Positions 1 to 12,290 of a stretch of DNA of 64,000 bases are shown in pieces; the first letter of the stretch is position 1; each line of letters opens with the position of its first letter. A program made the translations under genes and the position numbers. The notes under the pieces were generated by a model. It was not told the DNA's origin, did no database searches, and saw only the letters and a program-made list of their open reading frames with translations. The DNA is from Eledone cirrhosa (lineage: Eukaryota): the NCBI GenBank assembly GCA_964016885.1, contig OZ024757.1:41664001-41728000 (forward strand). The letters are read 5' to 3'.

Positions 1-181
1 TTTCTCAAATAATTTATTTTTTGTGATCATCTTTCTATTTCATATCTTCTTTCTCATTCTGTCTTCTGATGAAGGACTGGTGTCCAAAACGTAAAGACTC
101 TTTTCCTACTATATTAAGCATTAAACTAATATATTTCTTCATTGTACTGTGTCATTTGCTTTGCTCTTTCCATTTATTTTT

Positions 182-185
<4 letters not shown>
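1..185 (+). mobile_element. Penelope-like pseudo-LTR remnant, family H1 (left end beyond window), with hammerhead
   Basis: Hammerhead motif at 61-98 followed by a tail (AAGCATTAAACTAATATATTTCTTC..GTACTGT) homologous to 18811-18897 and to 13432-13518 on the minus strand; ends in (TA)n. Confidence 0.7.
61..98 (+). ncRNA. Minimal type I hammerhead ribozyme, probably inactive (GAAA to AAAA)
   Basis: GTCTT-CTGATGA-A-GGAC-tggt-GTCC-AAAAC-GTA-AAGAC: stem I GTCTT/AAGAC, stem II GGAC/GTCC; catalytic G12 replaced by A. Confidence 0.75.
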
Positions 186-230
<45 letters not shown>

Positions 231-232
<2 letters not shown>

Positions 233-1250
233 AACAGAGGAGTTTAAGACTGGCTGTCCATGGGAACTTCTCTATGCTGACGATCTGGCTCTTATGGCAG
301 AATCAGTAGAGGAGCTAGAGAATAAATTCCGGCTATGGAAACAGCAGTTGGAAGCAAGAGGACTGAGAGTAAATCTAGCTAAGACAAAAGTGTTGATGAG
401 TAGAAAAGAGGACAAAACCCTGATTCCGTCAGGGAAATGGCCATGTTCGATATGCAGAAAAGGAACTGGCATAAATTCTATAAAATGCACACAATGTAGG
501 TCCTGGGTACACAAGAGATGTAGCGGGATAGCAGGCAAACTAACAGGTAGGGAGAAATATGTATGCAGTAGATGTACAGGGAAGTTAGACAGTAGAAGTC
601 GCACTGATAGACACATTTTTCAAATGCGAGAGGGCGCTATAGAAGTGGTGGATAGCTTCCGGTACCTAGGAGATCAGATTAGCATGGGAGGAGGGTGTTC
701 CGAGGCCATAGTATCTAGAATAAGGACGGGTTGGAAGAAGTTTAGGGAGCTGCTTCCTCTGTTGACGAAGAAGGGTTTCTCCCTGCGTACGAAAGGCCGG
801 TTGTATGATGCCTGTGTGAGGAGCGCGATGCTGCATGGTAGTGAGACATGGGCAGCTACCGCAGAAGATATGCGACGGCTGGAGAGAAATGAGGCAAGCA
901 TGCTCCGTTGGATGTGCAGTGTAAATGTGCGTGAACGACCCAGCATAAATGTGTTGAGAGAGAAACTGTGTCTGAGAGGGATAGAATGTAGTGTACGGGA
1001 GAGGAGACTGAGGTGGTATGGACATGTGATGCGCATGGAGGATGACCGATGGGTGAAGAAGTGCCAGGAAATGCCAGTTGAAGGAAGACGTGGTAGAGGT
1101 AGACCACGAAAAACATGGGCGGAGGTGGTGAGAACAGACCTCAGATCATTGAAGCTCACGGTGGAGATGACGAGGGACCGTGACGAGTGGAGAGATGCTG
1201 TGCTGAATAAGACCCGTCCCACCCTTGCAAGCAGGGAAAAGCGGACGTAA
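231..1250 (+). CDS. RTE reverse transcriptase fragment with embedded PHD-like C4HC3 finger (444-575)
   Basis: Residues [11 protein letters not shown] onward of ORF 69..1250; the upstream part of that ORF is flank/microsatellite read-through. Confidence 0.88.
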
Positions 1251-1277
1251 AATGATGATGATGATGATGATGATGAT
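231..1277 (+). mobile_element. 5'-truncated RTE-clade LINE, family R1 (RT C-terminal half, stop at 1250, (ATG)n tail)
   Basis: Open frame with LLYADDL (YADD 273-284), [27 protein letters not shown] and GRGRPRKTW, typical of RTE ORFs; begins abruptly after (TA)n and ends in a TGATGATGA tail. Confidence 0.95.
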
Positions 1278-1478
1278 ATCCAGCAGGTGTAACGTGAAGT
1301 TACTGTAAGTTCACCCAGGTGAGCACTCCATCATTACAACAGCAGAGGTCTAACAAGCTTTTGATTCCAGAGTCGGGCCAGATCGTTACTGATCGAACCT
1401 TTAGCTGATCAATAGCGAAATGCGCATCACCAATCAATAAACATAATGAAGGCTTAACAAATCATTCTTGTATTATTA
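1278..1478 (+). mobile_element. Fold-back non-coding element, family H2 (inverted distal piece plus body with hammerhead 3' half)
   Basis: 1359-1478 matches 17594-17714; 1280-1328 is the reverse complement of about 17766-17814; contains GAAA-TGCGCA-TC at 1417-1428. Confidence 0.7.
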
Positions 1479-1500
1479 TATATATATCTATATATATGAT

Positions 1501-1667
1501 ATATATTTAGTTAGAGAGTAAACAACAAAATATATAACTACTTCATTACCAATGTTAACATACGTCTAGTTGACTCATCAGACAGAGGGGTCACCCCTCT
1601 GTCTAGAGTCCTGAAACTTTTGGTAATGGAGTAGTTACATATTGTGTTGTTCACTCTCTAATTAGAT
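1501..1667. mobile_element. Imperfect palindromic element, family H3, with degenerate hammerhead on the minus strand
   Basis: Arms TAGTTAGAGAGTAAACAACAAAATATATAACTACTTCATTACCAA / TTGGTAATGGAGTAGTTACATATTGTGTTGTTCACTCTCTAATTA, centre AGACAGAGGGGTCACCCCTCTGTCT; minus strand reads CTGATGA-GTC-aacta-GAC (TCATCAG at 1575-1581). Confidence 0.65.
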
Positions 1668-1774
1668 AACTCTGTTTTATACATAGAGCGCTCTTTTTTC
1701 CTTTGCTTTTTCTTCGGAAATACTTAACATACTATATATATACTCAGTAGGAGAGATGAATGGTATATAAAGGT

Positions 1775-2232
1775 GATCCAGTAGCCTGTTAGTTGACGAC
1801 ATGGTGTTAATTAACTCGACAGAAGGTGATCTCTGACTTTCACTTGATAGGTTTGATGCCGAGTGCTGCATGGCTGGAATAAAAAATCATTGCTGCGAAA
1901 ACTGAGACACTCGTCTTCTTAAGGAAACATGTGCAGTGCTCTCTACATGTAAATGGAGTTCCACTGAAGCTGGTAGAGAAGTTTAAGTATCTCAGGGCCA
2001 TGTTCACAAGTAATGGAAGGCAGGAGGCTGAAGAGTGGTGGAAGGCAGGAGGCTGAATTATGTGCAGGAGCTGATGTAGTAATGAAACTCTGGGCTGCAA
2101 GACTGAGACATTCATCTTCTCAAGGAAGCCTACACAGTGCTCTCTACATGTAAACATAGTTCCAATGGAACAGGTAGAGAAGTTCAAGTACCTCTGGGCC
2201 GTGTTCACAAGTAATGGAAAGCAGGAGGCTGA
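1775..2232 (+). pseudogene. Degraded Rex3/Expander-like RTE reverse transcriptase fragment with internal duplication
   Basis: Translates with stop/frameshift as SSLLVDDMVLINSTEGDL*LSLDRFDAECCMAGIK..KTETLVFLRKHVQCSLHVNGVPLKLVEKFKYLRAMFTSNGRQEAE, matching RT motifs 5-7; 1900-2030 is repeated at 2100-2232. Confidence 0.8.
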
Positions 2233-2662
2233 ATCAAGTGCAACAAAAAAAAACTAAAATCTATAATCAATATCCAATATTTAACCATTCATTTAATTTA
2301 TTATTTTTGTCAATCCCAAATATTTTCAATTATTTTATTTCTTTTACGGATTTTTATTTTTTATCATTATTTTATTGTTATTGTTTTTTTTTGTTTTTTT
2401 TCACTAAGTTCTTTAAGTGCATTTTTGTTTAGTTTTTTTTCGTTTTGGATTTTTGGGTTTTTTTTTTTTTTTTGCTTATATTATTTATAGAACACCTTTA
2501 AATGTTTTGTGTTGAGGTCGATAATATAGTTTAGTTGATGTGATTGGTGTAATGGATGTATAATCTAGGTCTTGGTTTTCTTTTATTTCTTGTCATTGTT
2601 TCCCCCCCCCCCTCACTCTGCCTGATGTTATTATAAACAACTTGAAATATTACAGAAACGCA

Positions 2663-2760
<98 letters not shown>

Positions 2761-2934
2761 TACATATATATATATATATACATATATACATATATATATA
2801 CATATATATATATTACATACACATTGTGTTTTTTCTCTTTCACATGAAACAAAAGGATTTAAAATGACATTTTTTATCAATCTTCCAATGTACTTTACAT
2901 TGGCGAATAATTTACAGTTCACTGAGTAAAATAG

Positions 2935-3198
2935 TCATGTTGGTGTCACAACGAAAGGTGCCCAGTCCACACTATAAAATGGGGTTGTGTTGATGCCATG
3001 ACAAACAGCACCCGGTTCACATTGTAAATTAAATGTGGTTGGCATTAAGAAGGACATCCTACTGTAGAAACCAAGTCAAGAACAGCTCTGTATGAGCAAG
3101 ACACAGTCATGTAACCTGGCTTGTCTCACAACAACGGGACAACATATCTAACCCATGCTAGCATGGAAAAATGGACGTTAAATGGTGATGATGATGAT
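2935..3198 (+). mobile_element. Degenerate SINE/LINE-UTR copy with AAGGGCATCC-type core and R2-type RTE tail
   Basis: Similar to 25430-25693 (GGTTGGCATTAAGAAGGACATCC..GTAGAAA, TCTAACCCATGCTAGCATGGAAAAATGGACGTTAAA, (TGA)n). Confidence 0.75.
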
Positions 3199-3469
3199 AC
3201 ATTTGTTTTACTGGTTACCCTACTACAATTTATATCACCACCTCCACGACCAACACCACCACCACCACCACCTCCACCACCTCCACCACCACCACCACTT
3301 TAGTTATATATAGTTCTGTTCTCCCATCATAACCAGATACTATTACAAAGCTTAAACTGTTCTGCAGTCGATGAATTAACAAAAAAAAATGTTGCTGGAA
3401 AGAAAAAAAGCTCTCCATCTGGTTCTTTATTTGAAGTCTTCGGTCTTTTCTATCTTTTGTAATATATTT

Positions 3470-3850
3470 TAGTGTCGTTATTATTGTTCTTGTTGTTGTT
3501 CTTCTAATAGTCTTGGTGGTGGTGGTGGTGGTGGTTCTTACAATCGTTGTTCTTGTAGTAGTCTTGGTGGTGGTGGTGATGGTGGTGGAGGTGCTGGTGG
3601 TGGCTGCTGCTGCTGCTCTTCTTGTTATTGCTATCATTCTCATGGTTGTTACTGAAGTTGTTGTTGCTGTTCTTGTTTTTGTTGTTGTTGTGGATATTGT
3701 TTTTATTGTTGGAACTGTTGTTTATTTATGTTATATTTATTTTTATATATTTATCAATTCATCTATCGAGTTGTTGTTGTTGTTACAGTTGTTACTGTTA
3801 ATGTTATTGTTGTTGTTGCTACTGTTAATGTTACTGTTGTTGCCGATGTT
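3470..3850. repeat. Degenerate (GTT)/(GGT) trinucleotide tract
   Basis: Direct reading; source of the poly-Val/Thr/Leu ORFs. Confidence 0.9.
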
Positions 3851-3916
3851 ATGTATTACATGTATATTTCTATATATATTTATCAATCCATCTCTTTAGT
3901 TGTTGTTTATTGTTGT

Positions 3917-3948
<32 letters not shown>

Positions 3949-3969
3949 GCATATATATATATATATATA

Positions 3970-4025
<56 letters not shown>

Positions 4026-4027
4026 CA

Positions 4028-4119
4028 AGTGGAGAGATGCTGTGCTCAATAGGACCCATCCAACCCTTGCAAGCACGGAAAAGTGGACATAAAATGATGA
4101 TGATGATGATGATGATGAT
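4028..4119 (+). mobile_element. Extreme 3' fragment of RTE family R1
   Basis: Matches 1186-1277 (GTGGAGAGATGCTGTGCT..CCCTTGCAAGCA..(ATG)n); inserted in (TA)n. Confidence 0.9.
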
Positions 4120-4245
4120 CAATCCATCTATTTGTATATATTTGTATTTTAGAGATATTGTGTTCTCATTATCAGCGATGTGCACTTGGAATCACGGTTC
4201 CATCAGCCAGCTGCACCAGTATATCTTTAGGAACAGAACAGTGCT

Positions 4246-4297
<52 letters not shown>

Positions 4298-4453
4298 TAT
4301 ATATATATATATAAGATCAAAAGATGGTTAAAAGAGTTCCATGTATGTTATTATGCGCATTTGTATGGATGTGTGTATGTTTGTATAGAGATGTATGTAT
4401 GTGGGTGTCTATGTATAGAGATGTATGTGTGTGTGTGTGTTTATGTATAGAGA

Positions 4454-4484
<31 letters not shown>

Positions 4485-4816
4485 ATATATGGATGTGTGT
4501 ATGTATGTGTGTGTGTGTTTATGTATAGAGATGTGTGTGTGTATATATGTATATATGGATGTGTGTATGTATGTATGTGTGTGTGTATCTATGTATAGAG
4601 ATGTGTCATCCTCATTATCATTGTTTTACAGTCACTTTTTATCGTGACATTGTATGTTTGCATATGTATGTACGTAATGTATATATGCATGTATGTGTAT
4701 GTATGCATGTATGTATGTGTAGATATGTTTGTGTATATAAATATATATATGCTTACATGGATATATGCATGTGTCTGTGCATTAAGATTGAATGAGGATG
4801 TTAAGTGAAGATATAT

Positions 4817-4874
<58 letters not shown>

Positions 4875-4877
<3 letters not shown>

Positions 4878-5009
4878 GGGGGAAATGTGGTAAGGAACCA
4901 GGTGGACCATAACACACCAAAGTACTCAATACTTAGGGTAGTAGAGTGGGTAATAGGAACGAGTAGGACCCCGACGGCTGAGCTCAGCCGTTGGGGTCCT
5001 ACTCGTTCC

Positions 5010-5011
<2 letters not shown>
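4875..5011 (-). mobile_element. Hairpin-ended element, family H4
   Basis: 58-bp near-perfect palindrome at 4954-5011 centred on GAGCTC; body shared with 21280, 22886 and 59264 copies. Confidence 0.85.
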
Positions 5012-5044
<33 letters not shown>

Positions 5045-5104
5045 ATATGTATGTATGAGAAAATGAGGCTTTTTTTAAATGAAAAAATTTAGATGTCTTA
5101 CACA

Positions 5105-5260
5105 TTGGTGTTAGGAAGGGCATCCAGCTGTAAAAAAAAACCTGCCAGGGATGCTTCCGTGCGAGCGAGACACGGTCTCCCGACCATTCCCACATCAAAT
5201 GGAACAAAATCGTCTAACCCATGCTAGCGTGGAAGATGGACGTTAAACGATGATGATGAT
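5105..5260 (+). mobile_element. 5'-truncated SINE with GGAAGGGCATCC core, alternative middle and R2-type tail
   Basis: Same middle (CCTGCCAG..ATGCTTC.GTGCGAGCGAGACA.GGTCTCC) as the minus-strand copy at 18904-19082. Confidence 0.85.
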
Positions 5261-6844
5261 ATATATATATATATTATATTTTTAAATTTGTAATTAAATC
5301 TACATATCATGTGCTCAAAATACTAGTTTGTTCCTCAATTGCTATATCCACATATATATATTGTTTACAAATATATCATGTTGTAGATGCTCTGAACAGA
5401 AGTTTGAGCTTTTTATTGAGAAACAATATTGATACATTATCGATATATATATATTATGTATGTATTGATTAAAGCTAAAATTAACTCATGTGAGATTGAG
5501 CCCCAGACAATATAGTTACAGGGTGAACCCTTCAAATACTCAACGATGCCCATATCTAAACTTATTCCATAAAAATAACTGATAAATCTCCAACTAAAAA
5601 TATATTAACAATGTCTCTGGATAATTTCACATTCACAAAATTACTGAATATTTCAGTTTTTTCTTTTGATTTTTTTTCTTTTGATTTTTTTCTTTTAATT
5701 TTTTTCTTTTAATTATTTTGTTTTATTAATTTTTTCTTTTAATTTTTTTAATTATTTATAAATTTTTTTCTTAAAATTTTTTTTTTATATATATTTTATT
5801 TTTTATTAATTTTTTATTTTAATTTTTTCATTTCTTATATCCAGAAAAACAAAACAAACAAAAAATTTATAAAAATATTCTGTAAAAAAAAAGAATCAAA
5901 AAAAAATTCAGATAAAAAAATCCCAAATCAAAATGGCTGAAAGCAATAAATCAAAATTAAGATGGAGAGGCGAGAGTGTTATGGAAGAGAGAATATAATG
6001 AGGATATTATTGGTGTTGGCTTTACTGGTGGATTATTTCTAGATTAATGCGGATTGGGGAGATTGTTAAATTTCCATTGGAATTCACTTGTTAGAAACCA
6101 AAATAGTTTTCTGCAGAATAATTCTTGGGATAATGAAAACTTGTGACAGTATATAGCTACATACATACATATACACACATACAGATACACACAGGCATAC
6201 ATATACATACATACTTATACATACATACATATACATACATACATGCATACAGATACACACATGCATACATATACATACATACATACACATACATGCATAC
6301 ACATACATGTATGCATATTAATACAGACACACACATGTATATATATATACCCTGGATAGAGTGAAAGTAGAGATTTCTGCATCAACATTTAATCTCTTCC
6401 AATAATAAACATTTGCTCTGTGGATGTATATATATATATATATACTTACATACATACATATATGCATATATCAATATATGTACATATATATATATATGTT
6501 AGAATCATCTAATTTAATGAAACCTTAGGTAATGGAATAGTTATATTACACACATATATATATGTGTGTATGTATGTGTGTGTGTATGTATATATATGTG
6601 TATGTATATACATGTGTATATCTTTTATTATGTCCTCACTGAATTTTAGTCTTTTGAACTAAGTAGTTATTATAATTATTATTATTATGAAAGTATATAC
6701 GTGTGCGTGTGTATATATATATATATATATATATAAGAGTGTGTGTGTGTGTGCAAGAGAGGACGAGAGTACTTGAAGAATGACTTCAGCACCATTTGAA
6801 TTCAAGCTGAGACACAGACACACACATATAGATATACATACATT

Positions 6845-6876
<32 letters not shown>

Positions 6877-7070
6877 TGTATATACGCAGATGTATGTACA
6901 TATGTAAAAGTAGTTGGGTTTTATGTCATCCAATTTAGTGCAGTGTAACATCACTTCACATATGACATCGATTAAATTGACACAAACAAAAACATAAACT
7001 TTATTACGGGAATCAAAAGCACACTGACAATAAAAGACACCACCACATAAATCTACACATCTATACATGA

Positions 7071-7112
<42 letters not shown>

Positions 7113-7419
7113 CTTTTATACATATATATATATATATATATACTTTTATACATATATATATACTTTTATACATATATATATATACTTTTATACATATATA
7201 TATATGTATACTTATATATATATATATATATACTTTTATACATATATATATATATATATATATACTTTTATACATATATATATATATATATATACTTATA
7301 TATATATATACTTTTATATATGTGTATATATATATATAATTTTTAGGCTGCTACATCAACCTTTCACTAAGAATCTGTCTTAGATACAAAATACAGAGCA
7401 TTTCTTATTCCAGCTTTGT

Positions 7420-7510
7420 CTCACAAAATGCAAATTGTTTCAGCTATTAAAAGCACTCTTCAGGAGAATTGTTTTAATAGCCGAGACAATTTGCATTTCG
7501 TCAGTGAAGA
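7420..7510. repeat. 30-bp inverted repeat carrying hammerhead-like half cores
   Basis: 7423-7452 is the near reverse complement of 7472-7501; minus strand reads CTGAAGA..GCT..AGCT-GAAAC. Confidence 0.5.
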
Positions 7511-7854
7511 CGGAAGAAAGTTATACACCCACCCAACCACATGTATATATATATCTGTGTATGTATGTGTGTGGATATTTACATATGTATATATATATAT
7601 ATTTATAAATACATATATATATATATTTTTTTTTAATTCGGGGAGCAGATGACAAAGATGATAGAAAAAACAAAAGAAAGCAAACAATCTCATCTCTTCA
7701 GTTAACCTCTGGATATCTCTATGGTTTCAGTGCATTAAGGTCAATACCATTCATTCCAGTGCACATTGGGGTGTAACAAAACAGATAGCGATAAAAGTAG
7801 ATAAAGTTATGTCTTTCGGTGAATTACACAAAATATAGATGACAAAGTGTCTTA

Positions 7855-7895
<41 letters not shown>

Positions 7896-7938
7896 ATATA
7901 TACATATATAATATATAATATATATAATAATAATAGTA

Positions 7939-8128
7939 ATAATTTCTACTTTTGGCACAAGGCCAGCAATTATCCCAGTACATTACTGGTACTTTATTTT
8001 ATCGACCCCGTAAGGATGAAAGGCAAAGTTAACCTCGGTGGGATTTGAACTCAGACCATAAAGGGCCGTAACTCTTTGCTGCAAAGCATGGAGTCCGACC
8101 CTCTACCGATACTGCCAATCCACCGCCC
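7939..8128 (-). mobile_element. tRNA-derived SINE family B, full-length copy
   Basis: Reverse complement of GGGCGGTGGATTGGCAGTATCGGTAGAG..GAGTTCAAATCCC..GCCTTTCATCCTTACGGGGTCGATAAAATAAAGTACCAG..GGCCTTGTGCCAAAAGTAGAAA; more than 12 copies in the window. Confidence 0.9.
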
Positions 8129-8141
8129 TATATGTATAAAA

Positions 8142-8189
<48 letters not shown>

Positions 8190-8332
8190 ATAATAGTAAT
8201 GATAATAAGTAAAAAGACTAAAATCCAAAGAGGGCTCGATAAGGATAAATTATATCAGTTTCAGAAGATCCAGTTACGGGTGAAAGCAGTGATTCTTTGC
8301 TTAAACTTTAATCTGTTATTTTAATAAATATA
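8190..8332 (+). mobile_element. Element family H5 with degenerate hammerhead (8257-8307)
   Basis: AGTTT-CAGAAGA-..-GAAA-GCA..TGC-TT-AAACT; a second copy lies on the minus strand at 28417-28571. Confidence 0.6.
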
Positions 8333-8351
8333 TATATTATTGATAACTTGA

Positions 8352-8388
<37 letters not shown>

Positions 8389-8675
8389 GAAAATAAGAAA
8401 AAATTAGAAAATGCTAATATTCTCATTGAATAACAGCAAAACATTTTTTTAAAGTAATTTCTTGTACCCGTTTCAGCTGATAAATAGTTCGACTTTTTCA
8501 TGCTACAGGAAATATGATGAAAAGGGAAAAGTACATAATAAAATTATTAGAAGAGGGTGTGAAGACACTGCAATCCTCATGTATGTATATATATATTTGT
8601 ATATAATGAATTTATATATATGTGTGTCTGTGTGAGTGTATGTGTGTGTATATATATATTTATATATACATAAAC

Positions 8676-8723
<48 letters not shown>

Positions 8724-8800
8724 GCACACATAGATACAGACACTAAGATATGCAAGTGGAACAACACTACACAAAAAAAAACAAAAATGAAATTGCAGTA

Positions 8801-8858
<58 letters not shown>

Positions 8859-8891
8859 GTGTGTTTAATACTCAATACAGTTTTATTTTTG

Positions 8892-8922
<31 letters not shown>

Positions 8923-9475
8923 TTGTATGTTTTATGTATGTATATTTCCATATTTTTTAATAGAGAATATGTTTATGGTGTGTATGAGAGCTACATGTAT
9001 TGTTAAATGTGTTAAAGTGGTGCCTAAGAACTTTACACTTCTCTTCAACCCCACCACATATCTCCTACTGTTTACATTAGTTAGTATTCAAGGGAAGAAC
9101 TCCGAGCTGTCAAGGAAGACAGTGTGTGCGAACATTGCACTGCTTAATTCTTCTCCTCTCACACAAATTGGCATGTTACCAAACAATACTATTCCCAGTC
9201 TACACAAACTGATTATAAAGATGATGTCTGTCTGTGTGTACAGTCTGTCGCTCTTTCTATATACAGCTGCACTTACACGGCTCCACAGACCCACCAAACT
9301 GCAGCTAGACCAATATACACTTCTCCATGCTTGCACATATATAGATATGTGTATATATACGTACATATATATGAATATATATATATATGTGTGTGTGTGT
9401 GTATATATATATATACATATACACATATATTTACATGTATATATACATATACACATATATATATATTTATATATG

Positions 9476-9600
<125 letters not shown>

Positions 9601-10455
9601 CAAGAACTCAGCCATCGGGATCCCAATTCTTTATAATATATATATATATATATATATTATAAAATCTACCCTACACCAGCACTACCACTTTACAGAGTGG
9701 ACTGGGTGCTTATTGTCAGTTAATGTCTACGATGTGTTCTAAACTTAACTTGGAGTTTACAATGTCTGTTGCTTTTAGGAGTTAAATAGAGGTTATACAG
9801 GCCCTGCCACACTCCCCAGACACCCCCACACACAGCCCCACACACACACACACACACACACCCCACAACCCCACACAGCCCACATTTCATATCTCACCAT
9901 ACTATCATTATAAAACGCCTTCCTTCATCCTGCACACATTTCATATCTCACCATTCTATCGTTACACAGCCCTCCCTCCTCTCTCCCACCTCCACCACAC
10001 TTGCCCATATTCCATATTTCTACTACTACACTATCATTACAACACCCTCTCCTCCTCCCAGCATCCCCTCCTCGCCCACATTCCATATCTCACCATACTG
10101 TCATTACACAGCCCCTCCCACCTCCGCCACCCTTGCCCACATTCCACATTTCTACTACTACACTATCTTTTCTGTAATAATTAAAACTAATGAAAAAGTT
10201 TGAATGTTTGACAGAAATCAATTTCTAGCTTGATTTAAATTGAAGTAAATTTAATTAAAATCTTCATCGTGGTAGGGTGTAATTAATTTCAATTCATATT
10301 TTCATTTCACGGACTTAACTTCGTTGTAATTTCCAGATATGATTTAGTTGCTAAAATTGAAATAAATACCGATTTATTAAACGAAAAATTTCAATGAAAT
10401 TAGCAATGGCTGTTTCTAAGTCTCGTAGCATATGCATATCTTTAAAATAATAATA

Positions 10456-10727
10456 ATAATTGTTTCTACTTTTGGCACAAGGCCAGCAATTATCCCAGTG
10501 TATTACTGGTACTTTATTTTATCGACCCCGTAAGGATGAAAGGCAAAGTTAACCTCGGCGGGATTTGAACTCAGATCATAAAGGGACGTTACTCTATGCT
10601 TCAAAGCATGGTGTCCGACTCTCTACCGATACTGCCAATCCACCGTGATTTCTAGTATAGTCACAAGGCCAGTAATTTGGGGGCAATTAAATCGACCCAG
10701 TACATTACTGGTACTTTATTTTATTGA
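10456..10727 (-). mobile_element. SINE family B full copy (10456-10645) plus adjacent 3' partial copy
   Basis: Near identity to 7939-8128. Confidence 0.9.
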
Positions 10728-10730
10728 CAT

Positions 10731-11036
10731 CAACTGATGCAGGTAGTTTGTTCCATGGAAGTTTTGAAGGATGCAGTGTCTCGACAGCTAACAACTGATG
10801 CAGGTAGTTTGTTCCATGGAGGTTTTAAAGGATGCAGTGTCTCGGCAGCTAACAACTGATGCAGGTAGTTTGTTCCATGGAGCTTTTAAAGGATGCAGTG
10901 TCTCGGCAGCTAACAACTGATGCAGGTAGTTTGTTCCATGGAAGTTTTAAAGGATGCAGTGTCTCGGCAGCTAACAACTGATGCAGGTAGTTTGTTCCAT
11001 GTTTCAGCAACTCTGAGCGTGAAAAAAATGTTTCCA
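10731..11036 (-). mobile_element. CR1-clade LINE ORF2 C-terminal fragment amplified as a 61-bp tandem repeat (about 4.5 units)
   Basis: Unit starts at 10732, 10793, 10854, 10915 and 10976; minus strand encodes HFFTLRVAETWNKLPASVVSCRDTASFKTSM, matching the CR1-type FF..RV...WN.LP..VV......FK terminus. Confidence 0.85.
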
Positions 11037-11850
11037 AAATAATGGTTTTTTATTTGGGTTTAACTCCCGATGAATCTTTTATGTGTCTGTTTATTTAAGA
11101 AGAAGACATCTTAAATTGCGATGTCTAGCCAACACACATATTTGCTATCTACACAGTAAAATATATATCTTGTGTAAAAAGAAAAAAAAAATTGGCTATA
11201 TACTGGGGGTTTTTTTCACTTAAACTATGAAAAAAATACATAATTTCAACATATTACAAAAGGAAGCGTATTTGTGACAGAGAAAATATATATTTACCGC
11301 TTGAGTTAATTTCCAATATTTATAAGATTAAGCTGGCTCAGTTTGCTTCAAACAATAATTATTATTTTTCTTCATTTTTCTATCATTTTCAATACTGAAT
11401 CATAACAATTCTACCATTTCAGTTTCTTATAAAAATGAAAGTTGTATCTACATAAGTCCACGTTTGTCTGCTACAAGGTAACAAGTAAATCCTGAAGCTA
11501 TACAGAATCTTGATTTATGTTAACTTAAGCAAAAGATCGGTTTTCAAAAGCTCGTTGAATTGCTTGGCCCCCTTTTTCCACCCCCACACCTTTCCAAATC
11601 CTCAGGTTTTGCAACAACGCAATATAAATATATATATATACTATTTTTTTAGAGGTGTTTTTTTGTTTCTTTTTTTCTGGGGATGGGGGAATTTTTTTCT
11701 TTTAACATATATATATTATATATATATACATGTATGTATATATATATGTGTGTGTGTGTGTATGCATATATATATATATGTATATATACATATATATATA
11801 TGTAGGTATACATATATATATATATATTATATATACACACATATATATAT

Positions 11851-11927
<77 letters not shown>

Positions 11928-12028
11928 TATATATATATATATACACACACATATATATATATATACATACACACACACATATATATATATATAGACACAC
12001 ACACACATATATATATATACACACACAC

Positions 12029-12093
<65 letters not shown>

Positions 12094-12290
12094 TATATGT
12101 AAGTTACTTTAAAAGGAAAGGAATGAGAATGTATCTCTTAATATCCTGTAGGCTGTCAGTTCTTCAGACAACCGAGAAATCAGATTGTTCTCAATGATTA
12201 GCTATGCCTCAGTTGACATTTTTCCGAAAGCGTTTCAGTTTCAAAACAAATGTCAGTGATAACGGAACGGAAAATAATCACAGACAACCA

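Noticed and set aside
69-230. N-terminal part of the 393-aa ORF
   Set aside because: Read-through of a hammerhead element and (TA)n into a truncated LINE; not a native start.
9060-9335. Possible solo LTR or exon
   Set aside because: Unique-looking island, but no clear TG..CA ends, TSD, primer-binding site or recognisable peptide.
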